The notes under the pieces: model-generated
What the model saw: the letters and a program-made list of their open reading frames with translations, nothing else
What the model was told of the DNA's origin: nothing
The model's database searches: none
Made by a program: the position numbers and the translations under genes
Assembly (NCBI GenBank): GCA_963662315.1
Contig: OY759353.1
Location: 1,824,001-1,888,000 of the forward strand
DNA length: 64,000 bases
Direction: 5' to 3'
Source of the DNA: Geopsychrobacteraceae bacterium
GTDB lineage: Bacteria; Desulfobacterota; Desulfuromonadia; Desulfuromonadales; Geopsychrobacteraceae
Shown: piece by piece, positions 10,111-21,643 of the stretch
How the letters are laid out: every line of letters starts with the position of its first letter
How positions within the stretch are numbered: position 1 is the first letter of the stretch

Positions 10111-10187
10111 TGGTGGGCCCACCAGGACTCGAACCTGGGACCAGCCGGTTATGAGCCGGCGGCTCTAACCAACTGAGCTATAGGCCC
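10111..10187 (-). tRNA. tRNA with CAU anticodon, probably tRNA-Ile2 (lysidine)
   Basis: GGGCCTATAGCTCAGTTGGTTAGAGCCGCCGGCT-CAT-AACCGGCTGGTCCCAGGTTCGAGTCCTGGTGGGCCCACCA; paired 1-72 (not initiator); lies downstream of rpoD like ileX. Confidence 0.95.
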
Positions 10188-10281
10188 TTCACAAGGGGGT
10201 AATAATATGCAAAACGCATGGTGCCGTCAAGAATCTTTTTTCCCATTTTTTTAAATAAAAACCGTAGTTAGAATACAACGC

Positions 10282-10319
10282 AAAAGCCCCCTGCCAACTT
10301 GACTGTTGACCAGGGGGCT
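10282..10319 (-). terminator. rpoD terminator
   Basis: agccccctg...cagggggct stem with U tail on the minus strand. Confidence 0.65.
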
Positions 10320-10377
10320 GTCATTTCAAATGACAGGCGTCAGGTATACTTTCATACACCCTGACGCCAGCGTGACA

Positions 10378-12132
10378 TTACTCTGCTGCAAATCCTTTAA
10401 GACGTTTGGCACGGCTGGGGTGACGCAACTTGCGCAGCGCCTTGGCCTCAATCTGGCGAATTCGCTCACGGGTAACGTTAAAGTCCTGACCAACCTCCTC
10501 AAGCGTATGATCAGACTTTTCACCAATACCGAAACGCATGCGCAGAACTTTCTCTTCACGCGGGGTTAAAGAGGAGAGAACGCGGGATGTCTGGTCAGCA
10601 AGATTACTTTTCACCACGGCTTCAAGAGGTGAAATTACCCCTTTGTCTTCAATAAAATCACCCAGAGAAGAATCTTCTTCTTCGCCGATCGGAGTTTCAA
10701 GGCTGATCGGTTCCTTGGCAATTTTCAGAACCCGGCGTACCTTGTCCAGAGGCAGATCCATCCGTTCGGCAATTTCTTCTGGAGTGGGTTCACGGCCACA
10801 CTCCTGTACCAACTGACGGGTGGTCCGAATCAGTTTGTTGATGGTCTCGATCATGTGAACCGGAATCCGGATAGTACGCGCCTGGTCGGCAATAGCACGG
10901 GTGATCGCCTGCCGGATCCACCAGGTCGCATAGGTTGAAAATTTGTAGCCACGCTGATATTCGAACTTATCAACGGCTTTCATCAGACCGATATTTCCTT
11001 CCTGAATCAGGTCGAGAAATTGCAGACCACGGTTGGTGTATTTTTTGGCGATGGAAACAACCAGGCGCAGGTTGGCCTCGATCAGCTCGGTTTTCGCTTT
11101 TTTAGCGATCCATTCCCCTTTGTAAACTTCCTTCAGGTATTCAAGCAGATCGTCAGGTTCAAAGCCGGATTCTTCTTTAACCTGCTTGAATTTTCGCTCA
11201 GCAGAGAGCAAGCGCTTTTCTACTGACAGCAAAACATCGCCAGCGACATTAAGCTCAGCGGCAACGGCAAGAGCCTCATCTTCGCTTTGACGCATACGTT
11301 TCAAGTAGGCGCCGATTTCGCTGTGTGGCTTGCTGACCTTCTCCTCGCAGTCGGAAATTTCCGCTTTGCCTTTTTTAACCTGGTTCCCCATTTCTTTAAG
11401 GCGGTCAACGATCTTGGCAACCTGGAAATCTTTCAGACGTACCTGACGCAACACTTCAAGAATTTGCTCACGGATCTCAGCCCGTTGTGCTTCGAGCTTA
11501 GCCAGCTTCTTTTCGTCCTCTTCGTGAGCCACTGCATCGAGAACACCCCGCATCGCCTGATCAAGAGGACGCAGCTTTTCCAGCAGACCGAGCAGCCGTT
11601 CACGCACACGCCCTTCTGCTTCACCGCCTTCTTCATCATCATAATCGCGGGTTATTTCTGAAACATTGATCTGTACCTTTTCCAGCTTTTCAAGCAGGTT
11701 GAGAGTCTCACGTGCTGCGATGGGAGTCCGCATAACAACTTTGGTGACCAGGGCTTCGCCCTCTTCAATCCGTTTGGCGATTTCAACTTCGCCTTCCCGT
11801 GTCAACAGTGCGACCTGCCCCATTTCACGCAGATACATGCGTACCGGATCACTGGTACGCCCCAGGGTGCCCGCCTCAAGCTCAACATCCCCCTCATCTT
11901 CATCATCGCCATCAATATCGAGGTCGCTATCTTTGGAACTGTCGATTTTGCTATCAGAATCAACAATTTCAATATCCATTTCACCAAACATACTCATGAC
12001 ATCTTCAAGTTGTTCGGAGGACACCATGTTGGCCGGCAGCATATCATTTACTTCATCATAGGTTAGGAAACCCTTTTCCTTACCCATATCAATAAGTTGC
12101 TGGACTTCTTCCTGATTATTCTTTTTTGCCAT
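10378..12132 (-). CDS. rpoD: primary sigma factor sigma70
   Basis: [49 protein letters not shown]. Confidence 0.99.
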   Translation of the reverse strand: MAKKNNQEEVQQLIDMGKEKGFLTYDEVNDMLPANMVSSEQLEDVMSMFGEMDIEIVDSDSKIDSSKDSDLDIDGDDEDEGDVELEAGTLGRTSDPVRMYLREMGQVALLTREGEVEIAKRIEEGEALVTKVVMRTPIAARETLNLLEKLEKVQINVSEITRDYDDEEGGEAEGRVRERLLGLLEKLRPLDQAMRGVLDAVAHEEDEKKLAKLEAQRAEIREQILEVLRQVRLKDFQVAKIVDRLKEMGNQVKKGKAEISDCEEKVSKPHSEIGAYLKRMRQSEDEALAVAAELNVAGDVLLSVEKRLLSAERKFKQVKEESGFEPDDLLEYLKEVYKGEWIAKKAKTELIEANLRLVVSIAKKYTNRGLQFLDLIQEGNIGLMKAVDKFEYQRGYKFSTYATWWIRQAITRAIADQARTIRIPVHMIETINKLIRTTRQLVQECGREPTPEEIAERMDLPLDKVRRVLKIAKEPISLETPIGEEEDSSLGDFIEDKGVISPLEAVVKSNLADQTSRVLSSLTPREEKVLRMRFGIGEKSDHTLEEVGQDFNVTRERIRQIEAKALRKLRHPSRAKRLKGFAAE

Positions 12133-12197
12133 TATGTCCCAATCTCCTCTGCCGATAAATGCAGATTGTTTGTTGCCCTAAAAAATAAGTGTACCTG

Positions 12198-14114
12198 CTA
12201 TTTAAGCTTTTGTAACTCTTCCAGCAAATCTTTTACCCGATCTGATTGTCCCGCACCTTCAAGATCCCGGATCCGTGTCAGCAGTTCTTCTCTGCGGCGT
12301 TTTTTTTGATCCCTCTTGTGAGCAGCCAGACAATCGGTAAAAAGGTTTTCACTTGTTTCAGCGAACTGCGCTTTATCTATGTTAATCAGTTGACGCAACA
12401 ACACCTGCTCCTCAGGAGAGAGTTGCGCCATCAACACCTCTGGTACAAGCTTCTGATCTTCGGGCAAGCTCAATATGATGCTGGCGATTGATTTCATCTC
12501 CGGGTGACTGAAAAGCCCACTCCCGCCATGTTCCAGCATACGCTGCCGTGGTACCAATTCGTGGACCAGCAGGCTGAGTAAAGTCTGTTCCGTACGGTTC
12601 ACTATTTTTTGTTGCGCCGGTCGGCGAACCGATTGCGACCGCTGCGGAGGATTCTGTTGCCTTTCAGCAAACGAATAATCCTCAAAATTTTCAGGCAGAT
12701 AATCCGGCTCAGGATAATCTTGGGGCGGCGGCACATCTAACTCTGGCGCTAAAGAAACTTGTGCCACCGGCAACGGCCGTAAGCGCTCACGCTCCTTGGC
12801 GGAGGCAGCCTGGCGTTTTTTGCCCTCCAGCATATTCCTGAGCAAATCCAGTTCAATATTACTGCGTTGAGCCAGTTCTTTCAGGTACAGATCCTGCTCC
12901 AGCTGACTATGCAGGGCACAGATACGCTCAACAACCTTTTCTGCGGCCTGAGCCTTGGCCTCAATACTGTTACCGCTTTCTTCAAGACAGACGGCAATGA
13001 ACATATCCATGACCGGACGCGCAGCACTTAGGCGGCTGCGAAACGCATCACTCCCCTGTTGTTGCAGAAAAGAATCGGGGTCATCTCCCGCAGGCAGCTC
13101 GATCACAACCGCCGGGACACCTTCTTCCTGGAGCGTTGCCATCGCCTTGAAGGTCGCCTGCTGACCGGCGCGGTCCTGATCAAATAGCAACACGACACGT
13201 TTGACATAGCGTTTAAGTATCCGAGCATGGTCAACTGTCAATGCCGTACCGCAAGTCGCCACGGCATTGGTAAATCCAGCGCGGTTCAGGGCCAGCTGAT
13301 CAAAATAACCTTCGACCAGTAAAACTTCTTCACTCTGACGCAATGCCTGGCGAGCCTGATAGAGACCGAACAGCACCTGCCCCTTGTGGTAAATCGGCGA
13401 TTCAGTCGAATTGATGTATTTCGGCTTGCTATCGTCAAGAACCCGGCCAGCAAAGGCCACAACCCGACCCGACATATCATGAATCGGGAACATAAGCCGT
13501 CCCCGAAACAGGTCATAATCGCCACGCTCCCCTTCTTTACGAGGGCGAATCAAGCCGAGCAGTCGCGCGTCTTCTGCGGCCAGTCCCTGCGCTTCGAGGT
13601 GCTCACGCAGCCCTTCCCAGCTGTCAAGGCTATAACCGATACCGTACTCACCAGCAGCATTACGGCCATAACCACGCCGCTTCAGATACTGTCTGGCAAT
13701 TTCGCCACCCGGATGCTGCATCAGCAGTTCGTGAAAGTAAGCCGCCGCAACCTTATTGACCTGAAACAGACGCTCGCGCTGCTGACGTAAGCGCTCTTCC
13801 TCGGGGGACAAGGTACGCTCTTCCAGTTCAATTCCGGCCCGTTCGGCCAGCCGTCTTACAGCATCGGGAAACGTCATTCCCTCAATCTGCATCAGGAAGG
13901 AAAAAACATCCCCCCCACAGCCGCAGCCAAAACAGTGAAAAAACTGGCGGGCCGCATTAACACTAAAGGACGGTGATTTTTCGGAATGAAAGGGGCATAG
14001 CCCCATATGATTTGCCCCGGAGCGCTTAAGACTCACATATTGCGAGACAAGCTCGACAATATCAGTGCGCTCCCGCACCTCATTAATTTTTCCTTCCGAA
14101 ATCTGACCGGTCAT
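12198..14114 (-). CDS. dnaG: DNA primase
   Basis: CPFH..CFGC zinc finger, PKYINS, VEGYFD, DQDRAG (TOPRIM), DPD. Confidence 0.98.
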   Translation of the reverse strand: MTGQISEGKINEVRERTDIVELVSQYVSLKRSGANHMGLCPFHSEKSPSFSVNAARQFFHCFGCGCGGDVFSFLMQIEGMTFPDAVRRLAERAGIELEERTLSPEEERLRQQRERLFQVNKVAAAYFHELLMQHPGGEIARQYLKRRGYGRNAAGEYGIGYSLDSWEGLREHLEAQGLAAEDARLLGLIRPRKEGERGDYDLFRGRLMFPIHDMSGRVVAFAGRVLDDSKPKYINSTESPIYHKGQVLFGLYQARQALRQSEEVLLVEGYFDQLALNRAGFTNAVATCGTALTVDHARILKRYVKRVVLLFDQDRAGQQATFKAMATLQEEGVPAVVIELPAGDDPDSFLQQQGSDAFRSRLSAARPVMDMFIAVCLEESGNSIEAKAQAAEKVVERICALHSQLEQDLYLKELAQRSNIELDLLRNMLEGKKRQAASAKERERLRPLPVAQVSLAPELDVPPPQDYPEPDYLPENFEDYSFAERQQNPPQRSQSVRRPAQQKIVNRTEQTLLSLLVHELVPRQRMLEHGGSGLFSHPEMKSIASIILSLPEDQKLVPEVLMAQLSPEEQVLLRQLINIDKAQFAETSENLFTDCLAAHKRDQKKRRREELLTRIRDLEGAGQSDRVKDLLEELQKLK

Positions 14115-16489
14115 CTTCCGTTCAATTCAATAATAGTGATATTTTCACCACCATGCTCAGCCGGCGCCGCATAAAACGCCGCTACGCCCTGTTCCTTGGC
14201 CAGAAATTCACGCACGGCCTGACGCAACCGTCCGGTACCTGATCCATGCACAACTTCAACCTGTTTCAGGTTGTAGAGCAGCGCATCATCGATAAAGCGA
14301 TCAAGCAATAGCAGGGCGTCCTCAATGCGCTGACCAATCAGCGTCAATTTTGAATTGACCTGGCGCTCCACAACTTTACGCGACAACGCCCCTTTTTTCG
14401 GCTGACTCTCAGCAAAGCGCCGTGGTTCAAACTGCTCAAGAGCGGCCAGAGGCTGCCGCATCCGCTTACCATTGACCAGCAGCTCAACGGTTGCCCCTGA
14501 CGTTTTTACAACCAAGGCTTCGCAACCCAGCAGGGCAATTTTGACCAGTTCCCCCACTTGCAGTTCACGCGGGATATTCCCGGAGCGCTCCTGCCTGGGC
14601 TTGAACGGCTTAAGCTGCCCGCGCGCTTCGGCGAGCTCAGCGCTATCAGCAACCGCCTGTTGTGGGGACACCGCCCCCGGAGCCCGTTTGCGCAACTTTT
14701 TCAAGCGCGCCTCAGTGGCACTGATCAGCTCTTCCGCTTCTGTTGTCGCCCGAGCCAGTATTTTCTTGCGCTGCGCCTTCAACTCCGCGAGCTGCTGCTT
14801 GCGTAACGCCTGGCTGGTTTCAGCCCCCAAACGTGCCTGACGAACTGCAACATACTCCCTGTCGAGCTCCTGCTGACGTTCATTCAAGCGTGCCAGCAAC
14901 GCACTCTGGTCAAGCTCCTGGGTTCCAAGGTAACGCTCGGCCTGCTCCAGTACAGCAGTCGGCAATCCCAACCGGCGAGCTGTTGTTAACGCACTGCTGG
15001 CGCCCGGAATGCCATAACGCAGCCGGTAAGTCGGCAGCAAGGTCTCAGGTTCAAACTCAACGGCAGCATTGTGAATATCAGGTCGGCTGTGAGCAAACAG
15101 CTTCAATTGCCCCAGATGGGTTGTCAACAGCGTCTTCGCCCCCTGTTGCCCCAACTGGTCAAGTACGGCCTGCACCAATGCCGCTCCCTCGGCCGGATCA
15201 GTGCCGGTTCCGGCTTCATCGAGCAAAACCAGAGTTTCAGCATCAGCGGCCGCCAGAATCGATCGCATTTTCAACAGGTGACCGGAAAAGGTCGAAATAC
15301 TCTGCGAAATACTCTGCTCATCACCGATATCGACATGTACCTGCCGATACAGGTGCAGTCGGCTGTCCGGGTGACAGGGGATAAACAGCCCCGAGCGAAT
15401 CATCAACAGCATCAGGCCGAGGGTCTTCAACGCCACCGATTTACCCCCGGTATTAGGCCCACTGATAACCAGCGCGTGGCAATCCGCCGGTAGCAGCAAA
15501 TCAATGGCAACCACTCCGCCAGCATCAAAACGGCCATCTTTGACAAGCAGCAAAGGATGCCGGACGTCTTTCAGTTCAACCAGCGATTCCCTGACCAGCT
15601 CGGGCCGCTGCCCATGATAGGCACGCGCCAGACGAGCTGCAGCAAAACGCAGATCAAGGCGGGCCAGGGCGGTCTCATTCTGGTGCAGCGCAGAACTGTC
15701 GCGACGAACCAGATCCGCCAGTTGGAGCAAAACTCGACGTTCCTCACGCTGTTCGTCACGTAACAGCTGTTGCAGCTGATTGTTGGCATCAAAAACCCGA
15801 GCCGGTTCGATATATAACGTCTGCCCGCTGGATGACTCATCGAGCACGAAGCCCTTCACCTGACCGCGGTAATCACTTTTAAGCGGTACCACGTAACGTC
15901 CGTTACGAATCGTAACCAAACGTTCCTGAAAATAGGCAGCACTGTTCTCGTCGGTCAATAACTGGTCAAGCTGTTGCCGAATTCTGCTGCGGGTCTGGCG
16001 AATCCGGTAACGCAGGTCGCCCAATTCAAAAGACGCGCTGTCAAGCAACTCGCCACGGATTCCAATTGAATCTTTCAGACGCCGTTGCAACTCAGGCAAC
16101 GAGGTCAGCTGCTCAGCACACTCCTGCAAAAAAGGACAGCCCTGTCGCGCGGCAAACCAGCGCCGACAGTCGGTCGTCACCATTAATGACTGGCCGATTT
16201 TCAGCAGATCCTCAGGTATGATCAACAGCCCTGCCGCGGCAGACTGAGTCAATATGCTCGTCAGCGACCAGCAACCTCCCAGCGAAAGAGCATGACCGTT
16301 TTCAAGTAAACGTACCGCTTCACCGACCTCGTCAAGAGCACGACTCACTTCGGCATCTGCCGCCATCGGTTGCAGATGCCCGGCGGCCAAGCTTCCCGGT
16401 TCGGATTGAGTATGTCCGGCCAGCTGTTGTTTCAGTTGTGGATACTCAAGTCTTTCAAGCACATCATTGGTACAAATCATTGCCGTCAA
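14111..16489 (-). CDS. mutS2: MutS2 family protein
   Basis: GPNTGGKS Walker A, STFSGH, DEAGTGTDP, C-terminal Smr domain (VHGSGTG). Confidence 0.95.
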   Translation of the reverse strand: MTAMICTNDVLERLEYPQLKQQLAGHTQSEPGSLAAGHLQPMAADAEVSRALDEVGEAVRLLENGHALSLGGCWSLTSILTQSAAAGLLIIPEDLLKIGQSLMVTTDCRRWFAARQGCPFLQECAEQLTSLPELQRRLKDSIGIRGELLDSASFELGDLRYRIRQTRSRIRQQLDQLLTDENSAAYFQERLVTIRNGRYVVPLKSDYRGQVKGFVLDESSSGQTLYIEPARVFDANNQLQQLLRDEQREERRVLLQLADLVRRDSSALHQNETALARLDLRFAAARLARAYHGQRPELVRESLVELKDVRHPLLLVKDGRFDAGGVVAIDLLLPADCHALVISGPNTGGKSVALKTLGLMLLMIRSGLFIPCHPDSRLHLYRQVHVDIGDEQSISQSISTFSGHLLKMRSILAAADAETLVLLDEAGTGTDPAEGAALVQAVLDQLGQQGAKTLLTTHLGQLKLFAHSRPDIHNAAVEFEPETLLPTYRLRYGIPGASSALTTARRLGLPTAVLEQAERYLGTQELDQSALLARLNERQQELDREYVAVRQARLGAETSQALRKQQLAELKAQRKKILARATTEAEELISATEARLKKLRKRAPGAVSPQQAVADSAELAEARGQLKPFKPRQERSGNIPRELQVGELVKIALLGCEALVVKTSGATVELLVNGKRMRQPLAALEQFEPRRFAESQPKKGALSRKVVERQVNSKLTLIGQRIEDALLLLDRFIDDALLYNLKQVEVVHGSGTGRLRQAVREFLAKEQGVAAFYAAPAEHGGENITIIELNGR

Positions 16490-16971
16490 TTTTTGATGAG
16501 CTTACGCCCACTGGCTACAATATCATCCCCCAGGGTCACAAACGGCGGCCCGAGTTCCGACTGCAGAGTCATTTTTCTTAGGGTGTCCGGAGCCACCGAA
16601 GAGCTACAGGCCAACAACAGCATAGACAGTACAACCACCCCCTGAACAATACCGAATATTGCTCCGGCCAGGCGGTTAAAACCTCCCAGAAAAACCATTT
16701 TGACAAAGCGATGAAGAACAAAACCGATAACAGCGAAAACCACCACGAACGCCAGAAAGATAACCAGAAAGGCTACCCACACGCAAAGCTGGCTAGGCAG
16801 ACTGAGCTTGTCCTGCAGCAACTGGGCTACGGGCAGGTAAAAGGAGAATGCAAACACCCCTCCCAGCACGATACCCAGCAATGAACAAACCTCTTTTAGC
16901 AGCCCCCGAACAATCCCTTTGATCAGAAAAAACACCAGGATGATCAGGATACTGATATCGATGATTCCCAA
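16486..16971 (-). CDS. cvpA: CvpA family membrane protein
   Basis: DI..GIVRGLLKE, NRLAGAIFG; 4 TM segments. Confidence 0.88.
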   Translation of the reverse strand: MGIIDISILIILVFFLIKGIVRGLLKEVCSLLGIVLGGVFAFSFYLPVAQLLQDKLSLPSQLCVWVAFLVIFLAFVVVFAVIGFVLHRFVKMVFLGGFNRLAGAIFGIVQGVVVLSMLLLACSSSVAPDTLRKMTLQSELGPPFVTLGDDIVASGRKLIKN

Positions 16972-16994
16972 AATCAGCTCCGCAAACCAGCAGG

Positions 16995-17438
16995 TTAGGC
17001 CAGTTGTTCCCGGACCAATTGATTTACCAACTTTCCATCCGCCGCACCTTTGGTTCTGGCCATGATCTGAGGCATGACTTTCCCCATATCTTTCATGGAT
17101 GAGGCGCCAACTTCGGCGATAACAGCCGTGACAATCGCCTTGATCTCTTCTTCGCCCAGCTGAGCAGGCAGATAATCCTGCAGAACCGCCATTTCGGCCT
17201 CTTCTTTAGCGGCCAGCTCAGGACGATCATTGTCAATGTACATCTGAGCAGCTTCACGACGTTGTTTAACAAGCGTGCTGATGACTGAGATAATAGCATC
17301 ATCATCAAGGTCCTGCTGCAATTCGATCTCTTTATTTTTAATTGCGCCGCGCAACTGACGGATAGTGCTCAATCGCTCGGTCTGTTTGGCCTTCATGGCC
17401 TCTTTCATATCTGCAGTGAGTTGGTCTTTAAGGCTCAT
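16995..17438 (-). CDS. yqeY: GatB/YqeY domain protein
   Basis: DMKEAMKAK, KQRRE, YLPAQL, KDMGKVM, ADGK. Confidence 0.93.
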   Translation of the reverse strand: MSLKDQLTADMKEAMKAKQTERLSTIRQLRGAIKNKEIELQQDLDDDAIISVISTLVKQRREAAQMYIDNDRPELAAKEEAEMAVLQDYLPAQLGEEEIKAIVTAVIAEVGASSMKDMGKVMPQIMARTKGAADGKLVNQLVREQLA

Positions 17439-17829
17439 GTATTTTCTCCGGAAAGGGAGTCATCTTTAATGCAAATAGGGTGCGCAGAATATTCTGGCAC
17501 CCGCAGTGAATTAATTTGATAACTCGCTCGCTTATGACTTCATTTAAATTTGCCATGGTGGTAGAGCAAAAGAAGCTTACCCATTTAAACGAATTTGGCA
17601 GTATATTGACTCATCGGATACAAATCAAGAAATATTTCTCATTCATCATACAAAAAAACAAGTACGACTCTGCAAATTATCACCACCAGCCCGCAGTCCG
17701 AATTCAATTCCACCAGCACTGGCCCTTAAATGCCAACCCCCATGGTATAATTAACTACATTCTGGCAGCGATAGAAATGACGACAGACGGCTTTCAAAGG
17801 TTAAATAAAGCTACGAAAGGTGACCGGTC

Positions 17830-19182
17830 ATGAACACCTTCAAAATAATATCGTTAACGTTACTGCTCTGGTCAGTTTGCCTGATCTTCCCCCCCACCAG
17901 CCACAGCAGGACGGCCAGCGTACGCACACTCACCATCGCATCATCAATCAACCCGGTGACCGCAGCGTTTATCAATGAACAGATTGGCCTGGCCAACAGC
18001 CACAATGACGCTGCCATTCTGATTCAACTCGACACCCCGGGCGGACTTGACACGGCCATGCGTGAGATTATCCAGGCTGAGCTCAACTCAGAAATACCGG
18101 TCATTGTCTATATCGCGCCACAAGGTGCCCGGGCCGCTTCTGCCGGAATGCTGATTACCCTGGCCGCTGACTTTGCCGCCATGGCGCCGGGTACCAATAT
18201 CGGTGCCGCCCATCCGGTCTCCATCGGGCCGGGCAGCCAGCCCGATAAAACGATGCTGGCCAAAGTTGAAAATGATGCCGCTGCCTATGCCCGAAGCCTG
18301 GCACAAAAGCGCGGGCGCAATCAGGACTGGGCAGAACGGGCGGTACGTGAGAGTGTAGCGATTTCCGCCACTGAGGCCGTTGACCTAGCGGTGGTCGACC
18401 TGATCGCAGACTCCAGGGACAACCTGCTGAAGCAGCTGCACGGCTACAAGTATCTGCGTGACGGCAAGCCCAGCGCTTTCGACAGCCAGAACCTGACGAT
18501 TCATGACGTTGACATGACCTGGCAGCAGCAAATATTAAATGCGCTAAGCAATCCAAACATTGCCTACTTACTAATGATGCTTGGTATTATCGGTATCTTT
18601 TTTGAGATTTCTCAACCCGGAGTTGTGTTGCCGGGAGCGATTGGAGCCATTGCACTTTTACTGGCCTTGTTTGCCTTTTCTTCATTGCCGATCAATTACG
18701 TTGGGGGTCTGCTTATTCTACTGGCAATCATTCTGTTCATCCTGGAAGTCAAGGTTGTCTCTTACGGCATGCTGTCAATAGGCGGAATAATCAGCATGGC
18801 TTTCGGCTCACTGATGCTCATCGATAGCAGCGAGCCCTATATGCAAATATCACGGGCTGTTATTACCGCAACAGTCGCTGTCAGTGCCGGCTTTTTTCTG
18901 CTGGCCACCGGGCTGATCATCCGTACCCAGCGCCGACCGGTCACGATGGGACAGGAAGGGATGATCGGCACCCGCGGAAGAGTTATCGAAGCGATTGACC
19001 CGACAACAGGCAAAGGGCGAGTTTTTGTGCATGGCGAATACTGGTTCGTCTGCGCGGATCAGCACATTCGCGAAGGAACCGAAGTGGTTGTCGAACAACT
19101 GCTCGACGGCCTGCGTCTGAAAGTCAAACCAACCAACGGGGTCCAAACGCCAGAAGACCCTGATACCCGCAAGGAGGCTTAA
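17830..19182 (+). CDS. nfeD: NfeD long-form membrane serine protease
   Basis: [25 protein letters not shown] bundle, C-terminal OB fold (VHGEYW). Confidence 0.92.
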   Translation: MNTFKIISLTLLLWSVCLIFPPTSHSRTASVRTLTIASSINPVTAAFINEQIGLANSHNDAAILIQLDTPGGLDTAMREIIQAELNSEIPVIVYIAPQGARAASAGMLITLAADFAAMAPGTNIGAAHPVSIGPGSQPDKTMLAKVENDAAAYARSLAQKRGRNQDWAERAVRESVAISATEAVDLAVVDLIADSRDNLLKQLHGYKYLRDGKPSAFDSQNLTIHDVDMTWQQQILNALSNPNIAYLLMMLGIIGIFFEISQPGVVLPGAIGAIALLLALFAFSSLPINYVGGLLILLAIILFILEVKVVSYGMLSIGGIISMAFGSLMLIDSSEPYMQISRAVITATVAVSAGFFLLATGLIIRTQRRPVTMGQEGMIGTRGRVIEAIDPTTGKGRVFVHGEYWFVCADQHIREGTEVVVEQLLDGLRLKVKPTNGVQTPEDPDTRKEA

Positions 19183-19184
19183 CC

Positions 19185-19955
19185 ATGTTTGGATTGGGGA
19201 TTAATCTGTTCTGGGTCATTGTTCTGTTCTTAATTCTGATTATTCTCGCTTCAGCTATCCGTATTCTTCTTGAATACGAACGGGGCGTTATTTTCCGCCT
19301 TGGCCGCTTTGCCGGGGTACGGGGCCCAGGTCTGCGCCTGATCATCCCCGTTGTTGACAAGATGATCAAAATCAACATGCGAACCGTTGCCATGGATGTC
19401 CCTCCGCAGGACATCATCACCCGCGATAACGTTTCCATTAAGGTTAACGCAGTGCTTTATTTCCGTGTTGTCCAACCTGACAAGGCATTGATCGAAGTTG
19501 ATAATTACCTTTATGCAACCAGCCAACTGGCCCAGACTTCGTTGCGTAGTGTGCTGGGACAGGTGGAACTTGATGACCTGCTGGGGCAACGCGATAAAAT
19601 CAATCATAATCTGCAGGAGATTCTTGACCGCCAGACTGACCCCTGGGGTGTAAAGGTATCGAACGTTGAGATTAAGCATGTCGACCTGCCGGTTGAAATG
19701 CAGCGGGCCATGGCCCGACAAGCCGAAGCAGAGCGTGAGCGCCGCGCCAAGGTCATTCATGCCAAAGGCGAGTTTGAAGCGTCCAAAACCCTGGCTGATG
19801 CCGCCCAGCAGATTTCGACCCAAAACGGCGCACTCCAGTTACGCTTTTTACAGACCATGACAGAAATTGCTACGGAGAAAAATTCGACAATCCTGTTTCC
19901 GATGCCACTGGATCTGATCAGACCGTTTATTGAGGATAAAAAGGGTGGGGAATAA
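19185..19955 (+). CDS. SPFH/stomatin (slipin) family protein
   Basis: [33 protein letters not shown]. Confidence 0.95.
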   Translation: MFGLGINLFWVIVLFLILIILASAIRILLEYERGVIFRLGRFAGVRGPGLRLIIPVVDKMIKINMRTVAMDVPPQDIITRDNVSIKVNAVLYFRVVQPDKALIEVDNYLYATSQLAQTSLRSVLGQVELDDLLGQRDKINHNLQEILDRQTDPWGVKVSNVEIKHVDLPVEMQRAMARQAEAERERRAKVIHAKGEFEASKTLADAAQQISTQNGALQLRFLQTMTEIATEKNSTILFPMPLDLIRPFIEDKKGGE

Positions 19956-19960
19956 TTGAC

Positions 19961-20002
19961 AAAGGTAGAATACGAGACTCTTGGGCCGCGTATTCTACCT
20001 TT
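19961..20002. terminator. hairpin between convergent genes
   Basis: aaaggtagaatacg...cgtattctaccttt. Confidence 0.7.
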
Positions 20003-20008
20003 AATAGG

Positions 20009-20359
20009 TCATTCGTATTCAACCGGAACCGCACAGATCATTTTCATCGCCTGGTGATCAGAAGTGTTACGATACTGGTGCTTTTCGTTCGGTTTGACAA
20101 AGGCAAAGTCCCCCGCTTTAATCGGATGCAGGTCACCTGCTTCGTCGACCAGTGCCCCCTCGCCTTCAATTACGTAATTGACATGCTCGGAAACATGCTG
20201 ATGGTATGGAGTATGTCCCCCCGGTTCAATAGTAAACACCCGGAATGAAAAATTGGGGACATCATCATCTTTGCCAACTGGGACCTGCTTGGTCACGCCA
20301 AGAACGCCATCCATAGCCATCGGAAATGATGCAATCTGATCCAGTGCTGTAACCTTCAT
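20009..20359 (-). CDS. cupin domain protein
   Basis: PGGHTPYHQH..EH..YVIEGEG, HQYRN; ATG 20359 with AAGGAG RBS. Confidence 0.88.
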   Translation of the reverse strand: MKVTALDQIASFPMAMDGVLGVTKQVPVGKDDDVPNFSFRVFTIEPGGHTPYHQHVSEHVNYVIEGEGALVDEAGDLHPIKAGDFAFVKPNEKHQYRNTSDHQAMKMICAVPVEYE

Positions 20360-20569
20360 AAAGGACTCCTTCTCCTTGAAAATGTCTCTGAAAACAATAG
20401 GCCGACCTGGCAAGAGCGAATAATCACCCGGCCAATATTGGAACTATTTGATTTTTGCACAAGTTATGCTAGTTTTCGATGTGTTGCAATATCTCAATGA
20501 ACCTGCCATCCATTCACACAGAAGCGAAGTATAGCGTCTGTTCCAGTTAACTAACAAGGAGGAGTATTG

Positions 20570-21643
20570 ATGTACCCAGCGGCTCTGATTCCTGCCCCCG
20601 ATGCCATTCCAGTCCCCTGGGGATGGTTCTATATTCTTCTGGTTGTCACCTTTGTGTTACATATCCTGGTGATGAACGCCATGCTTGGTGGCGGCATTAT
20701 CGCCTTACTCAGCACCCTTAAGGGAGGCAACGAGAATACTCAACTGTGCAAAGAATTCAGCTACAAATGGCCTTATACCATCGCCCTCGCCATCAATATG
20801 GGGGTCGCGCCACTGCTCTTTGTTCAGGTGCTGTACGGCCAGTTTATCTACAGCAGTTCCATTTTGATGGCCGGCTGGTGGCTCTCCATCATCGCCATGC
20901 TGATTCTTGCCTACTACAGTGCCTACATTTACGACTTTAAATTTGATGTGTTACACGGCACGCGCATATTTTTTCTCGAATTCAGCGTGTTGATGCTGAT
21001 GGTTACTGCTTTTTTCTTTACTAACAACATGACCCTGATGCTCCAGCCTGAGCGTTGGGCAGCCTACCTTACCAACGACGGGGGGACACTTCTCAATCTT
21101 ACTGACCCGACAGTTATTCCCAGGTATCTGCACTTTGTCACTGGAGCTATTGCCGTTGCCGGTCTATATCTGGCGCTGATCGGTCATTTCAACCTGCGTA
21201 AAAGTACCATTGATAAACAGATCCTGATCCGTAAAGGAATGCGATATTTCAGCCTTGCAACTTCGGTTCAAATCCTTTTGGGCTGCTGGTTTCTGTTTGC
21301 GCTCCCCAATCAGGTAATGATGTCCTTCATGGGTGGCAGTGCCTACGGTACTGTCCTATTGACCCTGGGGATTATACTGGCTCTAACCGCCCTTTACTTT
21401 GGCTACCAAGGAAAACTGATAGCGGCCAGCGGTTCAACACTTATTCTGCTGACCATCATGATCCTGATGCGCGATCTGGTTCGTATCGTTTACCTGAAGC
21501 CTTATTTCAGTATGGCCGATTTGTCTGTCAAACCGGAATATTCACCATTGATTTTCTTTCTGGTTGTATTTGTCGCCGGGCTGGCGATGATCTGGTACAT
21601 GCTCAAACTCGCCTTTAACTGCCGTAAGGAGGTGTCGAAATGA
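20570..21643 (+). CDS. polytopic membrane protein, probable cytochrome bd-superfamily companion subunit
   Basis: About 9 TM; FVLHILVMN, GVAPLLFVQ, PRYLHF; overlaps next gene (ATGA). Confidence 0.65.
   Translation: MYPAALIPAPDAIPVPWGWFYILLVVTFVLHILVMNAMLGGGIIALLSTLKGGNENTQLCKEFSYKWPYTIALAINMGVAPLLFVQVLYGQFIYSSSILMAGWWLSIIAMLILAYYSAYIYDFKFDVLHGTRIFFLEFSVLMLMVTAFFFTNNMTLMLQPERWAAYLTNDGGTLLNLTDPTVIPRYLHFVTGAIAVAGLYLALIGHFNLRKSTIDKQILIRKGMRYFSLATSVQILLGCWFLFALPNQVMMSFMGGSAYGTVLLTLGIILALTALYFGYQGKLIAASGSTLILLTIMILMRDLVRIVYLKPYFSMADLSVKPEYSPLIFFLVVFVAGLAMIWYMLKLAFNCRKEVSK

Noticed and set aside
10111..10187. tRNA as island integration site
   Set aside because: No integrase and no duplicated tRNA 3' end seen; flanks are core genes
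17516..17833. 105-aa ORF upstream of nfeD (also 31890-32216, 60628-60894)
   Set aside because: AT-rich intergenic sequence with weak starts and no RBS or motifs
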